Part shown: piece by piece, positions 10,131-19,086 of the stretch
Numbering within the stretch: position 1 is the first letter of the stretch
How the letters are laid out: every line of letters begins with the position of its first letter
Assembly (NCBI GenBank): GCA_900617105.1
Contig: UYFQ01000001.1
Location: 4,526,001 to 4,590,000 of the forward strand
DNA length: 64,000 nt
Direction: 5' to 3'
DNA from: Hydrurus foetidus
Lineage: Eukaryota
Made by a program: the position numbers and the translations under genes
Notes under the pieces: generated by a model
What the model saw: only the letters and a program-made list of their open reading frames with translations
The model's database searches: none
Told to the model about the DNA's origin: nothing

Positions 10131-11741
10131 CTAAGCAGACGCCCGCAACTTGAACCGCTGAATCTTCCCCGTCGCCGTCTTCGGCAGCTCCCCTACAAAC
10201 TCAAACCAGCGAGGGTATTTGTACGGCGCCAGGTGCTGCTTGACGTGCATTTTCAGCTCGTCAACGCTTGCGCTTTGACCTGATTTAAAAACGACATACG
10301 CTTTGGGCTTGACCAGCTCGTCTGCGTCTTGCACGCCTATCACGGCCACTTCAAGCACGGCGGGGTGCGTCATCAAACAGGCCTCTACTTCAAACGGTGA
10401 CACGTAAATGCCGCCGACTTTCAGCATGTCGTCGCTGCGGCCGCCGTAGGTGTAGTAGCCGTCTGCATCTAACGTGTACTTATCACCGCTTTTGGTCCAG
10501 TCGCCTGCAAAGGTGGCTTTGGTTTTGGCGCGGTTGTTCCAGTACATGATGGCGGACGTAGGGCCGCTGATGTGCAGCTCGCCAATTTCGCCCACCGCGC
10601 AGTCTTTACCGTCGTCGCCGACTATGCGCAACGCGTAACCCGGCACAGCTTGGCCCGTGGTGCCGTAACGCACTGCGCCGGGGCGGTTGCTTAAAAAGAT
10701 GTGCAGCATCTCAGTCGAGCCAATGCCGTCCAGGATTTCTACGCCGTAAGCGGCGGTGAATTTTTTGCCGATTTCAGCGGGCAGTGCCTCACCCGCGCTG
10801 GTGCACAGTCGCAGGGCGACTTCGGTTTTAGCGGGTCGGGCGGGGTCCGCCAGCAACGCGGCGTACAGCGTGGGCACGCCATAAAAAATAGTCGGCTTAA
10901 AGTCTTTGAGAATGAGAAACACATCCATCGGCGTGGGTCGGGCCGGCAGCAATACGGTGGTGGCACCGACTGCCATGGGGAAGGTCAGCGCGTTGCCCAG
11001 GCCGTACGCAAAAAACAGCTTGGCGGCTGAATAAACAATGTCCGAATGCTGTATGCCCAGCACGCCGCGCCCATACAACTCGGCAGTTTGAATCAGGTGG
11101 CTGTGCAAATGCACTGTGCCTTTGGGAGTGCCGGTTGATCCGCTGGAATACAACCAAAAGCAGATGTCATCCGCTGAGGTATCGGCAGATGTATCTGCTA
11201 TGTTTTGCGTAGCTGCTTGCGCCCGAATCAATTGGGCTAGAGGCTGATTTAATACTGAATTTTGGCCTGCGTTGTCGCTTTTTTCCTCTCCCGCAACAAT
11301 GACTGTTTTTAAGGTGTCGATGTGGCCGATCAGCGGCTCAAAAGCAGGCAAAAGCGCACCGGAAACAACCAGGCCCTGCGCCCGCGAATCACGCAGCATG
11401 AACTCAAAATCAGCCGTGGTTAACAGCGTGTTGGCCGCCACGGGTACCACGCCCGCCAAAATACAGCCGAGGAAAACTACCGGCCAGTCTGGTGTGTCGA
11501 GCATGGCCACCAGCATCCGGCTTTCAGGTGCAAAGTCTTGGGCACGCAGAGCGTTGGCAAACTGGTGTGCTTGCTGGGTGAGCTCGCCGTAGCTGAGCTT
11601 GTCGCCGCTGCTGGCGTTAATGAACGCAGTTTTTTCAGGCCAGGCGGCGTTGCGCGCCAGCAGGTCGTGTGCTGCGTTGTAGCGCCGTGGGATGGTGATG
11701 TGCGGCGGTTGAACTCGATGGTCGGCAGTGCTCAGGTTCAT
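10131..11741 (-). CDS. bclA: benzoate-CoA ligase family protein
   Basis: FWLYSSGSTGTPKG, SAAKLFFAYGLGN, DGIGSTEMLHIF and LPKTATGKIQRF motifs; lies in the box cluster. Confidence 0.92.
   Translation of the reverse strand: MNLSTADHRVQPPHITIPRRYNAAHDLLARNAAWPEKTAFINASSGDKLSYGELTQQAHQFANALRAQDFAPESRMLVAMLDTPDWPVVFLGCILAGVVPVAANTLLTTADFEFMLRDSRAQGLVVSGALLPAFEPLIGHIDTLKTVIVAGEEKSDNAGQNSVLNQPLAQLIRAQAATQNIADTSADTSADDICFWLYSSGSTGTPKGTVHLHSHLIQTAELYGRGVLGIQHSDIVYSAAKLFFAYGLGNALTFPMAVGATTVLLPARPTPMDVFLILKDFKPTIFYGVPTLYAALLADPARPAKTEVALRLCTSAGEALPAEIGKKFTAAYGVEILDGIGSTEMLHIFLSNRPGAVRYGTTGQAVPGYALRIVGDDGKDCAVGEIGELHISGPTSAIMYWNNRAKTKATFAGDWTKSGDKYTLDADGYYTYGGRSDDMLKVGGIYVSPFEVEACLMTHPAVLEVAVIGVQDADELVKPKAYVVFKSGQSASVDELKMHVKQHLAPYKYPRWFEFVGELPKTATGKIQRFKLRASA
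11196..11261 (-). repeat. 66-bp dispersed motif copy 4 (inside bclA CDS)
   Basis: Minus strand TAGCCCAATTGATTCGGGCGCAAGCAGCT…TAGC. Confidence 0.85.
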
Positions 11742-11766
11742 TTTTGTCTCCAGCGATTATTTAAAT

Positions 11767-11832
11767 CACTATCATTTTTATAGCTGCTGGAGCCCGTATA
11801 AGTTGGGCCACAGGCCTATTAGATACTCAAAA
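11767..11832 (-). repeat. 66-bp dispersed motif copy 5
   Basis: Minus strand TGGCCCAACTTATACGGGCTCCAGCAGCT…TAGT. Confidence 0.8.
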
Positions 11833-11850
11833 ATGACCTTTTTAATCATC

Positions 11851-12330
11851 TCAGGCAGTTGCCGCGCTTTGCAGCGCCTCAGTCAGCCACTGCCTGCACC
11901 ACACCGTGCCTTCTTCTTCAGGCATGGTGCCGGTCGTCGCATCGTGACACCACACTTCGCCAATGCGTTGCGCGCCCAGGTCAATCAGGCGTTCGTCAAA
12001 CTTTTTGCCGCCAAAGCAAAAGGTTTGCAGGTAGGTGCGGTCGCCCAGTGCTATCACGCCATATTTGACGTGACCTAAAAACTGGGGCGCTGCGGCCATG
12101 GATTCATACAGTGCCCGGGCGTTGTCAGGCACGTCGCCCTGCCCGTAGGTCGATGTGCAAATGAGGTATATCGCATCTTTGGCATTGTCTGCACTGAAAA
12201 CACTGATGTCGAGGTTGTCCATCAAGTCAATGTCAATGCTGTCAACCAGGTCCGCACATTCCATCTGGATCGCCTGCGCAACGTAGTCGGCAGTGCTGGT
12301 CATGGTGCCTACCAAAATTTTGAGTTTCAT
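11851..12330 (-). CDS. flavodoxin (MioC-like)
   Basis: GTMTSTA phosphate loop, TSTYGQGDVPDN and ALGD..Y..FC.GG flavodoxin motifs. Confidence 0.88.
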   Translation of the reverse strand: MKLKILVGTMTSTADYVAQAIQMECADLVDSIDIDLMDNLDISVFSADNAKDAIYLICTSTYGQGDVPDNARALYESMAAAPQFLGHVKYGVIALGDRTYLQTFCFGGKKFDERLIDLGAQRIGEVWCHDATTGTMPEEEGTVWCRQWLTEALQSAATA

Positions 12331-12350
12331 TTTTTAGCCCTGATTTGATA

Positions 12351-12394
12351 TGCAATAAACTGCTTGACTCATACGGCAAGTGAAGTATACTGCA
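12351..12394. promoter_or_regulatory. putative BoxR/BzdR operators overlapping a sigma70 promoter
   Basis: TGCA-N6-TGCT (12351-12364) and TGAA-N6-TGCA (12381-12394); TTGACT (12364) and TATACT (12386) are 16 bp apart. Confidence 0.55.
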
Positions 12395-12398
12395 ATTC

Positions 12399-13301
12399 AT
12401 GAGCGCCGCAATAGACATTGCCAACACCCAATTCAACGCCACGCTGGCAGAGCTGGGTGGCCGAGTGCGCGCGTGGCGGGCCCGGCGCGGCATGACTCGC
12501 AAAGCGCTGGCCGCAGATTCAGGCCTGAGCGAGCGCTTTTTGGCTGATGTGGAAGGTGGCAAAGGCAATGTGTCGATCAACTCGCTCGAAGCGGTTGCCC
12601 AAGCCTTGAACATCACGGTGATTGACTTGCTGCAAGATGCACCGCGCCCCGCGCTGGCTCGTATTCAAGGGTTGTTGGCGAGTCTGGACGACTCGCAGCT
12701 GGACCAAGCCCACAGCTTGTTGGGCACCACATTTGGCGTTATCGATGCGCAGGGCAGGGAGCAGCGGGTGGCGCTGATTGGCTTGCGCGGCGCGGGCAAA
12801 TCAACACTCGGTGCGCAACTGGCCGCCGAGCGCGGCGTACCCTTTATTGAACTTGACCGCGAAATTGAACGCAAAGCCGGCACCAGCATGAACGAGATTT
12901 TGCTGTTGCACGGCCAGGCGGGTTACCGACGGTACGAGCGGCGCGCGCTGCTCAGAATCGCCGAAGAGCACTCAGGCGGCGTGGTGATGACCACTGGCGG
13001 CAGCATTGTCAGTGAACGTGAAACTTTTGATTTGCTGCAAAGCCGCTTTTATTGCGTGTGGCTCAAAGCCAGCCCTGAAGAGCACATGGCACGCGTGGTG
13101 GCGCAAGGCGACATGCGGCCGTTTGACTCCAGCGGCGCCAACCACGAGGCGCTTGATGACTTGCGCCGTATCTTGGTCAGCCGCGAGGCACTGTATGCGC
13201 GTGCTGATGCAGTTGTTGACACTGCGGCGAGAACGCTCAAGCAAAGTATCACGGACTTGAAAAGAGCCGTTCCCGAAACAATCCTGAAAGAGAGAACATG
13301 A
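12399..13301 (+). CDS. boxR: benzoyl-CoA-responsive regulator (XRE HTH plus shikimate-kinase-like domain)
   Basis: N-terminal HTH (GMTRKALAADSGLSERFLA) fused to IGLRGAGKSTLG..GGSIV..QGDMRP; directly upstream of boxC. Confidence 0.9.
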   Translation: MSAAIDIANTQFNATLAELGGRVRAWRARRGMTRKALAADSGLSERFLADVEGGKGNVSINSLEAVAQALNITVIDLLQDAPRPALARIQGLLASLDDSQLDQAHSLLGTTFGVIDAQGREQRVALIGLRGAGKSTLGAQLAAERGVPFIELDREIERKAGTSMNEILLLHGQAGYRRYERRALLRIAEEHSGGVVMTTGGSIVSERETFDLLQSRFYCVWLKASPEEHMARVVAQGDMRPFDSSGANHEALDDLRRILVSREALYARADAVVDTAARTLKQSITDLKRAVPETILKERT

Positions 13302-15001
13302 ACGCCATGACTGAGCCGCTTTTGTTCAAACAAACCATCAGCGGCGTAGAGCGCGACATGGTCAGCTTTGCCACCCACCCGGCTAAATACCAGCACTGGA
13401 CGTTGTCAGTTGAAGGCGACGTGGCCAGGCTAAAACTCGACATCAATGAAGACGGCGGCATCAAACCCGGCTACAAACTGAAACTGAACAGTTATGACCT
13501 GGGCGTGGACATTGAACTGCACGACGCGATCAACCGCATTCGGTTTGAACACCCCTCCGTCAAGGTGGTGGTGTTCGAGTCAGGCAAAGAAAAAATCTGG
13601 TGTTCAGGCGCCAACATCTACATGCTGGGCGTGTCCACCCACGGCTGGAAGGTGAACTTTTGCAAGTTCACGAACGAGACGCGCAACGGCCTGGAAGATT
13701 CATCAAAGCATGACGGCTTGCAGTCGATCGCATCCGTCACTGGCGCATGCGCAGGCGGCGGCTACGAGCTGGCGCTGGCGTGCGACCGCATCATCATGGT
13801 CGATGACCGCTCATCTACCGTCAGCCTGCCTGAAGTGCCGCTGCTGGGCGTGCTGCCGGGCACAGGCGGCCTGACCCGCGTGACTGACAAACGCAAGGTG
13901 CGCCGCGACCTGGCAGATATTTTTTGCACCACATCTGAAGGCGTGCGCGCTGACCGCGCCAAAGACTGGAAGCTGATTGACGCGCATGCCAAGCCGCAAG
14001 GGTTTGGTGAATTGCTTGCTACTGAAATAGAAGCTGCTCGCGCCCGTTCTGCAAGGGATGGAGGCTTAAAAGGCATCGAATTAACAGCTTTAAAGCCCTT
14101 GATTGATGATGCTGGCTACCACTACAGTTTGGTCGATGCGCAGATTGACCGCACCAGCCGCATCGCCACGCTCACGGTCAAAGCGCCAGCGGCTGCGATT
14201 GAGTCCACGCCTGAAACCATTGAAGCGGCGGGCGCCAACTGGTACCCGCTTAAACTGCAACGTGAACTCGACGACGCGATCTTGAACCTGCGCACGAACG
14301 AGCTGGAAGTCGGCACCTGGGTCATCAAAACCCACGGCGATGCAGCACACGTCATTCAGATGGACGGCGTGCTTGAAAAACTAAAAACCCATTGGCTGGT
14401 GAAAGAAACCACAGGCGCGCTACGCCGCACGCTGGCCCGGCTAGATGTGACGAGTCGCTCACTGATTGCATTGATTGATTCAGGCTCGTGTTTTGTCGGT
14501 ACGTTTTATGAACTAGCCCTTGGCTGTGATCGTATTTACATGCTGGACTTGCCCGATTCGCCAGAAGCAGCACCTGCCTTGCAGCTAAGCGTCGCTAACT
14601 TCGGCTGGTTCCCCGCAGTCAACGGTTTAACGCGTTTGCAAACCCGCTTTTATGAAGACGATGCAACGATTACCCAGCTGAAAAACCTGAACGACAGTTC
14701 GCTTCGTGCCGACCAAGCATTGGCACTCGGGCTCGTCACGCTGACGCCTGACGACATCGACTGGGAAGACGAAATCCGCATCATGCTGGAAGAGCGCGCC
14801 AGCCTGTCGCCAGACGCGATGACGGGCCTGGAAGCATCGCTGCGTTTCCCCGGTAAAGAGACGATGGAAACCCGCATTTTTGGCCGCTTGTCTGCTTGGC
14901 AGAACTGGATTTTTATTCGCCCCAATGCGGTGGGCGAAGAGGGCGCACTCAAATTGTTTGGCACAGGAAAAAAAGCCAAATTCGACTGGAAGAGGGTGTA
15001 G
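13298..15001 (+). CDS. boxC: 2,3-epoxybenzoyl-CoA dihydrolase
   Basis: YKLKLNSYDLGVDIEL, KVNFCKFTNETRN and RLSAWQNWIF motifs. Confidence 0.95.
   Translation: MNAMTEPLLFKQTISGVERDMVSFATHPAKYQHWTLSVEGDVARLKLDINEDGGIKPGYKLKLNSYDLGVDIELHDAINRIRFEHPSVKVVVFESGKEKIWCSGANIYMLGVSTHGWKVNFCKFTNETRNGLEDSSKHDGLQSIASVTGACAGGGYELALACDRIIMVDDRSSTVSLPEVPLLGVLPGTGGLTRVTDKRKVRRDLADIFCTTSEGVRADRAKDWKLIDAHAKPQGFGELLATEIEAARARSARDGGLKGIELTALKPLIDDAGYHYSLVDAQIDRTSRIATLTVKAPAAAIESTPETIEAAGANWYPLKLQRELDDAILNLRTNELEVGTWVIKTHGDAAHVIQMDGVLEKLKTHWLVKETTGALRRTLARLDVTSRSLIALIDSGSCFVGTFYELALGCDRIYMLDLPDSPEAAPALQLSVANFGWFPAVNGLTRLQTRFYEDDATITQLKNLNDSSLRADQALALGLVTLTPDDIDWEDEIRIMLEERASLSPDAMTGLEASLRFPGKETMETRIFGRLSAWQNWIFIRPNAVGEEGALKLFGTGKKAKFDWKRV
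14017..14082 (-). repeat. 66-bp dispersed motif copy 6 (inside boxC CDS)
   Basis: Minus strand TTTTAAGCCTCCATCCC…ACGGGCGCGAGCAGCT…TAGC. Confidence 0.75.
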
Positions 15002-15075
15002 CCCCCCGAAGCGGCTTCGCCGCCTCCCCCCAGGGGGCGGCCTCTGTGGCCCGGCAAAGCCGGTTCCACGCCGCC
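15001..15075 (+). repeat. palindromic extragenic repeat, family 2, copy B
   Basis: CCCCCCAGGGGGC..GTGGCCCGGCAAAGCCGGTTCCAC directly after the boxC stop; similar to the reverse complement of 5611-5700. Confidence 0.65.
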
Positions 15076-15127
15076 ACTTGGTGAGATTTTTACGGTATTT
15101 TTTAAGTTTTTTATCTAAGGAAACATC

Positions 15128-16552
15128 ATGAGCAACATCGACCTGCAAGCATTGATCCCTAACAACGTTCACCTTGGTGAAAACCGCCAGCTTCAGCGCG
15201 CGCTCGAGCATTGGCAACCCGCCTTTTTAAACTGGTGGGAAGAAATGGGCCCGTCCGACTTCAAGGCCAAAGAAGTCTATTTACGCACCGCCGTCGGTGT
15301 TGACGCTTCGGGCTGGGCCAGCTACGGCTACACCCCCATGCCCGACTACCGCTGGGGCATCTTTTTGGCTGATAAAGAAGAAGGCCGCAAGATTGGTTTT
15401 GGCGACCACAAAGGCGAGGACGTGTGGCAAGAAGTGCCGGGCGAATACCGCTCAACTTTCCGTCGCCTGATCGTCACGCAGGGCGACACTGAACCCGCAT
15501 CAGTCGAGCAGCAGCGCCTGCTGGGCCACACTGCGCCTAGTTTGTATGACCTGCGCAATTTGTTCCAGGTCAACGTCGAAGAAGGCCGCCACCTGTGGGC
15601 CATGGTTTACCTGCTGCACGCGCACTTCGGCCGTGATGGCCGTGAGGAAGCTGAAGAGCTCTTGATGCGCCACAGTGGCGACGCCGACAAGCCGCGCATT
15701 TTGGGCACCTTCAACGAGCCGATGGACAACTGGCTCAGCTTTTTCATGTTCACGTACTTCACAGACCGTGATGGCAAGTTTCAGTTAAAGAGCTTTGCCG
15801 AAAGCGCGTTTGACCCACTGGCCCGCACCACCCGCTTCATGTTGACTGAAGAAGCGCACCATATGTTTGTGGGTGAAACCGGCATTGGCCGGGTCATCAA
15901 GCGCACGGTGGAAGTGATGAAAGAGCTCGACACCAGCGACAAAGCCACGCTGCGCAATGCCGGCGTGATTGACTTGCCCACGATTCAAAAATTCATGAAC
16001 TTCTGGTTCACCTCATCGCTTGATTTGTTTGGCTCTGAATCATCGAGTAACGCCGCCAACGCGTTTGCCAATGGCATCAAAGGCCGGCCTGACGAAGCCA
16101 AGTTCACCGACCACGTCGAGCTGGACACCGAAATGCAAATTTGCGTGCCCGATGGCAAAGGCGGCATGAGGCAAGAAACCATCGCCACCCGCGTTGGCAT
16201 GAATGAAGTCACGCGCCTCGAATACGTTAAAGACTGCAACGTCGGCGTGACCCGCTGGAACATGGGCCTCAAACGCGCGGCCATCAGCTTTGAATTGTCG
16301 TTGCCATCTACTCGCTTTCGCCGCAGCGTAGGCGCGTGGGCCGGGATGCACACCGACCCGCAAGGCACGCCAATTAGCAGCGCGCAGTTTGAAGCGAAAA
16401 AAGACGAGTGGCTGCCAACCGATTCCGACAAAACCTTCATTCACAGCCTGATGCATCGCGTCACCGAGCCCGGCAAGATGGCCGGCTGGATAGCACCGCC
16501 TGACCGCGGTATCAACGCCAACGCGGTGGAGTACGAATACGTGAAGCTGTAA
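15128..16552 (+). CDS. boxB: benzoyl-CoA 2,3-epoxidase diiron subunit
   Basis: QGDTEPASVEQQ, VEEGRHLW and EEAHHMFVGETG diiron ExxH motifs. Confidence 0.95.
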   Translation: MSNIDLQALIPNNVHLGENRQLQRALEHWQPAFLNWWEEMGPSDFKAKEVYLRTAVGVDASGWASYGYTPMPDYRWGIFLADKEEGRKIGFGDHKGEDVWQEVPGEYRSTFRRLIVTQGDTEPASVEQQRLLGHTAPSLYDLRNLFQVNVEEGRHLWAMVYLLHAHFGRDGREEAEELLMRHSGDADKPRILGTFNEPMDNWLSFFMFTYFTDRDGKFQLKSFAESAFDPLARTTRFMLTEEAHHMFVGETGIGRVIKRTVEVMKELDTSDKATLRNAGVIDLPTIQKFMNFWFTSSLDLFGSESSSNAANAFANGIKGRPDEAKFTDHVELDTEMQICVPDGKGGMRQETIATRVGMNEVTRLEYVKDCNVGVTRWNMGLKRAAISFELSLPSTRFRRSVGAWAGMHTDPQGTPISSAQFEAKKDEWLPTDSDKTFIHSLMHRVTEPGKMAGWIAPPDRGINANAVEYEYVKL

Positions 16553-16586
16553 GCGATTCACCCGGCGTAGGCAGCGCCGTGCGTGT

Positions 16587-16634
16587 TTGCGGGCAAGCCC
16601 TTTTAAAAATTAATCAAAAGGGCTTACCCGGCAA
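16587..16634. terminator. inverted repeat after boxB (possible terminator)
   Basis: GGGCAAGCCCTTTT..AAAAGGGCTTACCC stem; no clear U-tract. Confidence 0.4.
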
Positions 16635-16683
16635 GGTCAACTTGGGTATTATCCGAATTCATTCAACGATTTAGGGGATTGCT

Positions 16684-17019
16684 ATGGCAGGTTGGTTCGA
16701 GATTTCTCAAAACGACAACGGCAAGGTCAGCTTTGTGCTCAAAGCAGGCAACGCAGAAGTGATTTTGCGCAGCCAGATGTACGCCAGCATGGCGTCCGCC
16801 GAAAACGGCGTGGCGTCAGTGCAAACCAACTGCGGCATGGACGAGCGCTACGAAAAGAAAGAGGCAGCAGACGGCCGCCCGTATTTCAACCTGAAAGCAG
16901 CCAACTCACAAATCATCGGCACCAGCCAGATGTATGCAGCAGCGAGTGGGCGGGATAACGGGATTGCTTCGGTTAAAACCAACGGCGTGAGCAAAACCGT
17001 TAAGCAGGTCGGTCCGTAA
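16684..17019 (+). CDS. yegP: YegP/DUF1508 family protein
   Basis: Two tandem F.LKA.N.xxI..SQMY…NG(V/I)ASV..N repeats. Confidence 0.88.
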   Translation: MAGWFEISQNDNGKVSFVLKAGNAEVILRSQMYASMASAENGVASVQTNCGMDERYEKKEAADGRPYFNLKAANSQIIGTSQMYAAASGRDNGIASVKTNGVSKTVKQVGP

Positions 17020-17042
17020 AGCGCTTTGCTAAAACCAGAGAC

Positions 17043-17079
17043 AGCCGGCTGTGCGCTTTGCGTACAGCTGGTTTTTTTT
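17043..17079 (+). terminator. Rho-independent terminator
   Basis: GC-rich stem-loop followed by T8 after yegP. Confidence 0.7.
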
Positions 17080-17139
17080 ATGGGTTTTAGGGGTTTAGGC
17101 CTTCAAATACGGGCGCAAGCAGCTACTAAAGGGATAGCA
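17074..17139 (+). repeat. 66-bp dispersed motif copy 7
   Basis: AATACGGGCGCAAGCAGCT (core 17111)…TAGC. Confidence 0.8.
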
Positions 17140-17144
17140 AAAAT

Positions 17145-17173
17145 TGGTCTGCCCGGAGGGGATCGAACCCCCG

Positions 17174-17204
<31 letters not shown>

Positions 17205-17221
17205 GACTGAGCTACGGGCAG
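17145..17221 (-). tRNA. tRNA-Arg(TCT)
   Basis: Cloverleaf CTGCCCGTAGCTCAG…TCAGC-CTTCTAA-GCTGA…GGTTCGAT…CCA. Confidence 0.96.
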
Positions 17222-17325
17222 ATTTTGATGTTGCTGATAATTCATTTTCAGCAACATCAACGATGATTAAAAAAAAAGCTCACACTGTTTACGTGCGTAA
17301 ACTTTGCGAGCTTTTCAAATCTTTT

Positions 17326-17402
17326 TGGTCGGAGTACAAGGATTCGAACCTTGGACCCCCTGGTCCCAAACCAGGTGCGCTACCAGACTGCGCCACACTC
17401 CG
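17326..17402 (-). tRNA. tRNA-Pro(TGG)
   Basis: Cloverleaf CGGAGTGTGGCGCAG…CCTGG-TTTGGGA-CCAGG…GGTTCGAAT…CCA. Confidence 0.96.
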
Positions 17403-17479
17403 ACAAGTCTTAAATTATAGCGCGAACTGCTCAAGGCGGCGGCCAAGTCTATGAAAACTTTGCTCAGGCCGCGCAACGC

Positions 17480-18184
17480 CTATCGCTTAGCGTACTGGGC
17501 ATTGCCAAAAAGCACGTCGCGCGCCTTGTCGCCCGTGATCGGCTTGCGCAAATCGGCCAGCACCGCCACGCCGCGCTTAACGGCGGGCCGTGCGGCAATG
17601 CCGTCGTACCAAGCCTTTAAATGCGGGTAGTCAGCCCAGTCGATGCCGTGGTTTTCCCAGTTGCGTAGCCACGGGAATATTGCCATGTCAGCAATGGTGT
17701 ATTGCCCGCATGCGATAAATTTGCTGGTGGCGAGTTGCTTGTTCATTACCCCGTACAGGCGTTTGGTTTCGTTGGTGTAGCGGTTGATGGCGTAGTCGAT
17801 TTTTTCGGGTGCGTACTGCCTGAAGTGATGGGTTTGGCCAATCATGGGGCCGACGCCGCCCATTTGAAACATCAACCACTGCAGGGTTTGAAATTTCAGG
17901 CGGTCGGTTTTGGGCAAAAACTTACCCGTTTTGGCAGCCAGGTACAGCAAGATTGCGCCGGATTCAAACAGCGCAATAGGCTTGCCGTCCGGGCCATTGG
18001 TGTCAAGCAGCGCCGGTATTTTGTTGTTGGGGCTGATAGCCAAAAACTCTGGGGCAAACTGATCGCCGGTGCCAATGTTGACGGGTATGGCCTGCCAGTC
18101 ACGGTTGAGTAAAAAACCACACTCCTCCAGCATGATGTGAATTTTGTGGCCATTTGGAGTGGGCCAAGTGTAAGCGGTGAGCAT
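17480..18184 (-). CDS. glutathione S-transferase, YfcG-like (Nu class)
   Basis: TPNG, SPNNKIPA, FESGAILLYLA; start at ATG 18184. Confidence 0.9.
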   Translation of the reverse strand: MLTAYTWPTPNGHKIHIMLEECGFLLNRDWQAIPVNIGTGDQFAPEFLAISPNNKIPALLDTNGPDGKPIALFESGAILLYLAAKTGKFLPKTDRLKFQTLQWLMFQMGGVGPMIGQTHHFRQYAPEKIDYAINRYTNETKRLYGVMNKQLATSKFIACGQYTIADMAIFPWLRNWENHGIDWADYPHLKAWYDGIAARPAVKRGVAVLADLRKPITGDKARDVLFGNAQYAKR

Positions 18185-18238
18185 GACGGTTGTCCTTTGA
18201 TAATATGCAGCTCGTACTCTAAAAGAAATCAGCACACC

Positions 18239-18958
18239 ATGTTTGATCGGCTAAAAAAAGCGTTCTCAAAAGGAACGCCGCCACCTGTCTCTATATTGCC
18301 ATTACCGTCGTCAGGTGCGGCCCAACAAGCGCTTGACCAAATCACGACATGGGGCGCAGGGCGCGGCTTAAAACCAGTCAGCCCAGCTCCTAAAGACGGC
18401 AGGGGCTTTGCCCTGACCGGCTACTTCGGCAACAAGTCCCGGAAGCTGGAATGCAGCCGATCGTCGCGCGACTACATACGCGGAGACGAGCTGCGGGCGC
18501 GGGCCGACCTGAAAATTAACGACGACGCCTCTGTGCTTATCATGAATCGGCCGCTGAAAAACGCGCTGGAAAAACGTGCCTACGAGATGTATACCGACAC
18601 GCTGCAAACTACTGCAGACCCCAGCCTGCCCGAAGAAATGCGTTGGCTGGCGATGTACCCTGAAGCCGATTGGCCAGCCATGCCACGCCCGTTTTGGGAC
18701 CGCTACGTGGTGCTTGCCGACACGCAGGAACACGCATTGGCTTGGGTTGACAAAGACTTGATGACCCAGCTAATGGCTTGGCCAACTCCTGGCCCTGATG
18801 AACAAACCCCGTTTATTTTGATGTTGCTGCGCGGCAAGGCTTACTTGCGCATGCAGTACACGGTTGGCGACATGCCAACCCTGAACCACGCGACCGACGT
18901 TTTTACGAAAGCCTGCACATCAGCCGTTAGCACTCTGACCGCTGACTTTACGCTGTAG
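18239..18958 (+). CDS. hypothetical protein
   Basis: Long ORF with host-like codon use, divergent from the GST gene; start at ATG 18239 (MFDRLKK). Confidence 0.75.
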   Translation: MFDRLKKAFSKGTPPPVSILPLPSSGAAQQALDQITTWGAGRGLKPVSPAPKDGRGFALTGYFGNKSRKLECSRSSRDYIRGDELRARADLKINDDASVLIMNRPLKNALEKRAYEMYTDTLQTTADPSLPEEMRWLAMYPEADWPAMPRPFWDRYVVLADTQEHALAWVDKDLMTQLMAWPTPGPDEQTPFILMLLRGKAYLRMQYTVGDMPTLNHATDVFTKACTSAVSTLTADFTL

Positions 18959-19008
18959 CTGGGCGGCATTGCAGAGCCAACTACCTGTTTTGAGCAGTTT
19001 TCGGGCTA

Positions 19009-19074
19009 ATTTCAGGTAAAAATTGGGCTGCGACCCAATAAATACGGGTGCGAGCAGCTCCCCTATTTATAGCA
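19009..19074 (+). repeat. 66-bp dispersed motif copy 8
   Basis: ACCCAATAAATACGGGTGCGAGCAGCT…TAGC. Confidence 0.85.
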
Positions 19075-19086
19075 AACTAAATCTGC

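Noticed and set aside
17145..17402. tRNAs as an island or prophage attachment site
   Set aside because: No integrase is nearby and I saw no duplicated tRNA 3' end in the window.
17026..17454. 142-aa ORF
   Set aside because: It runs antisense across two tRNA genes, a terminator and a motif copy.
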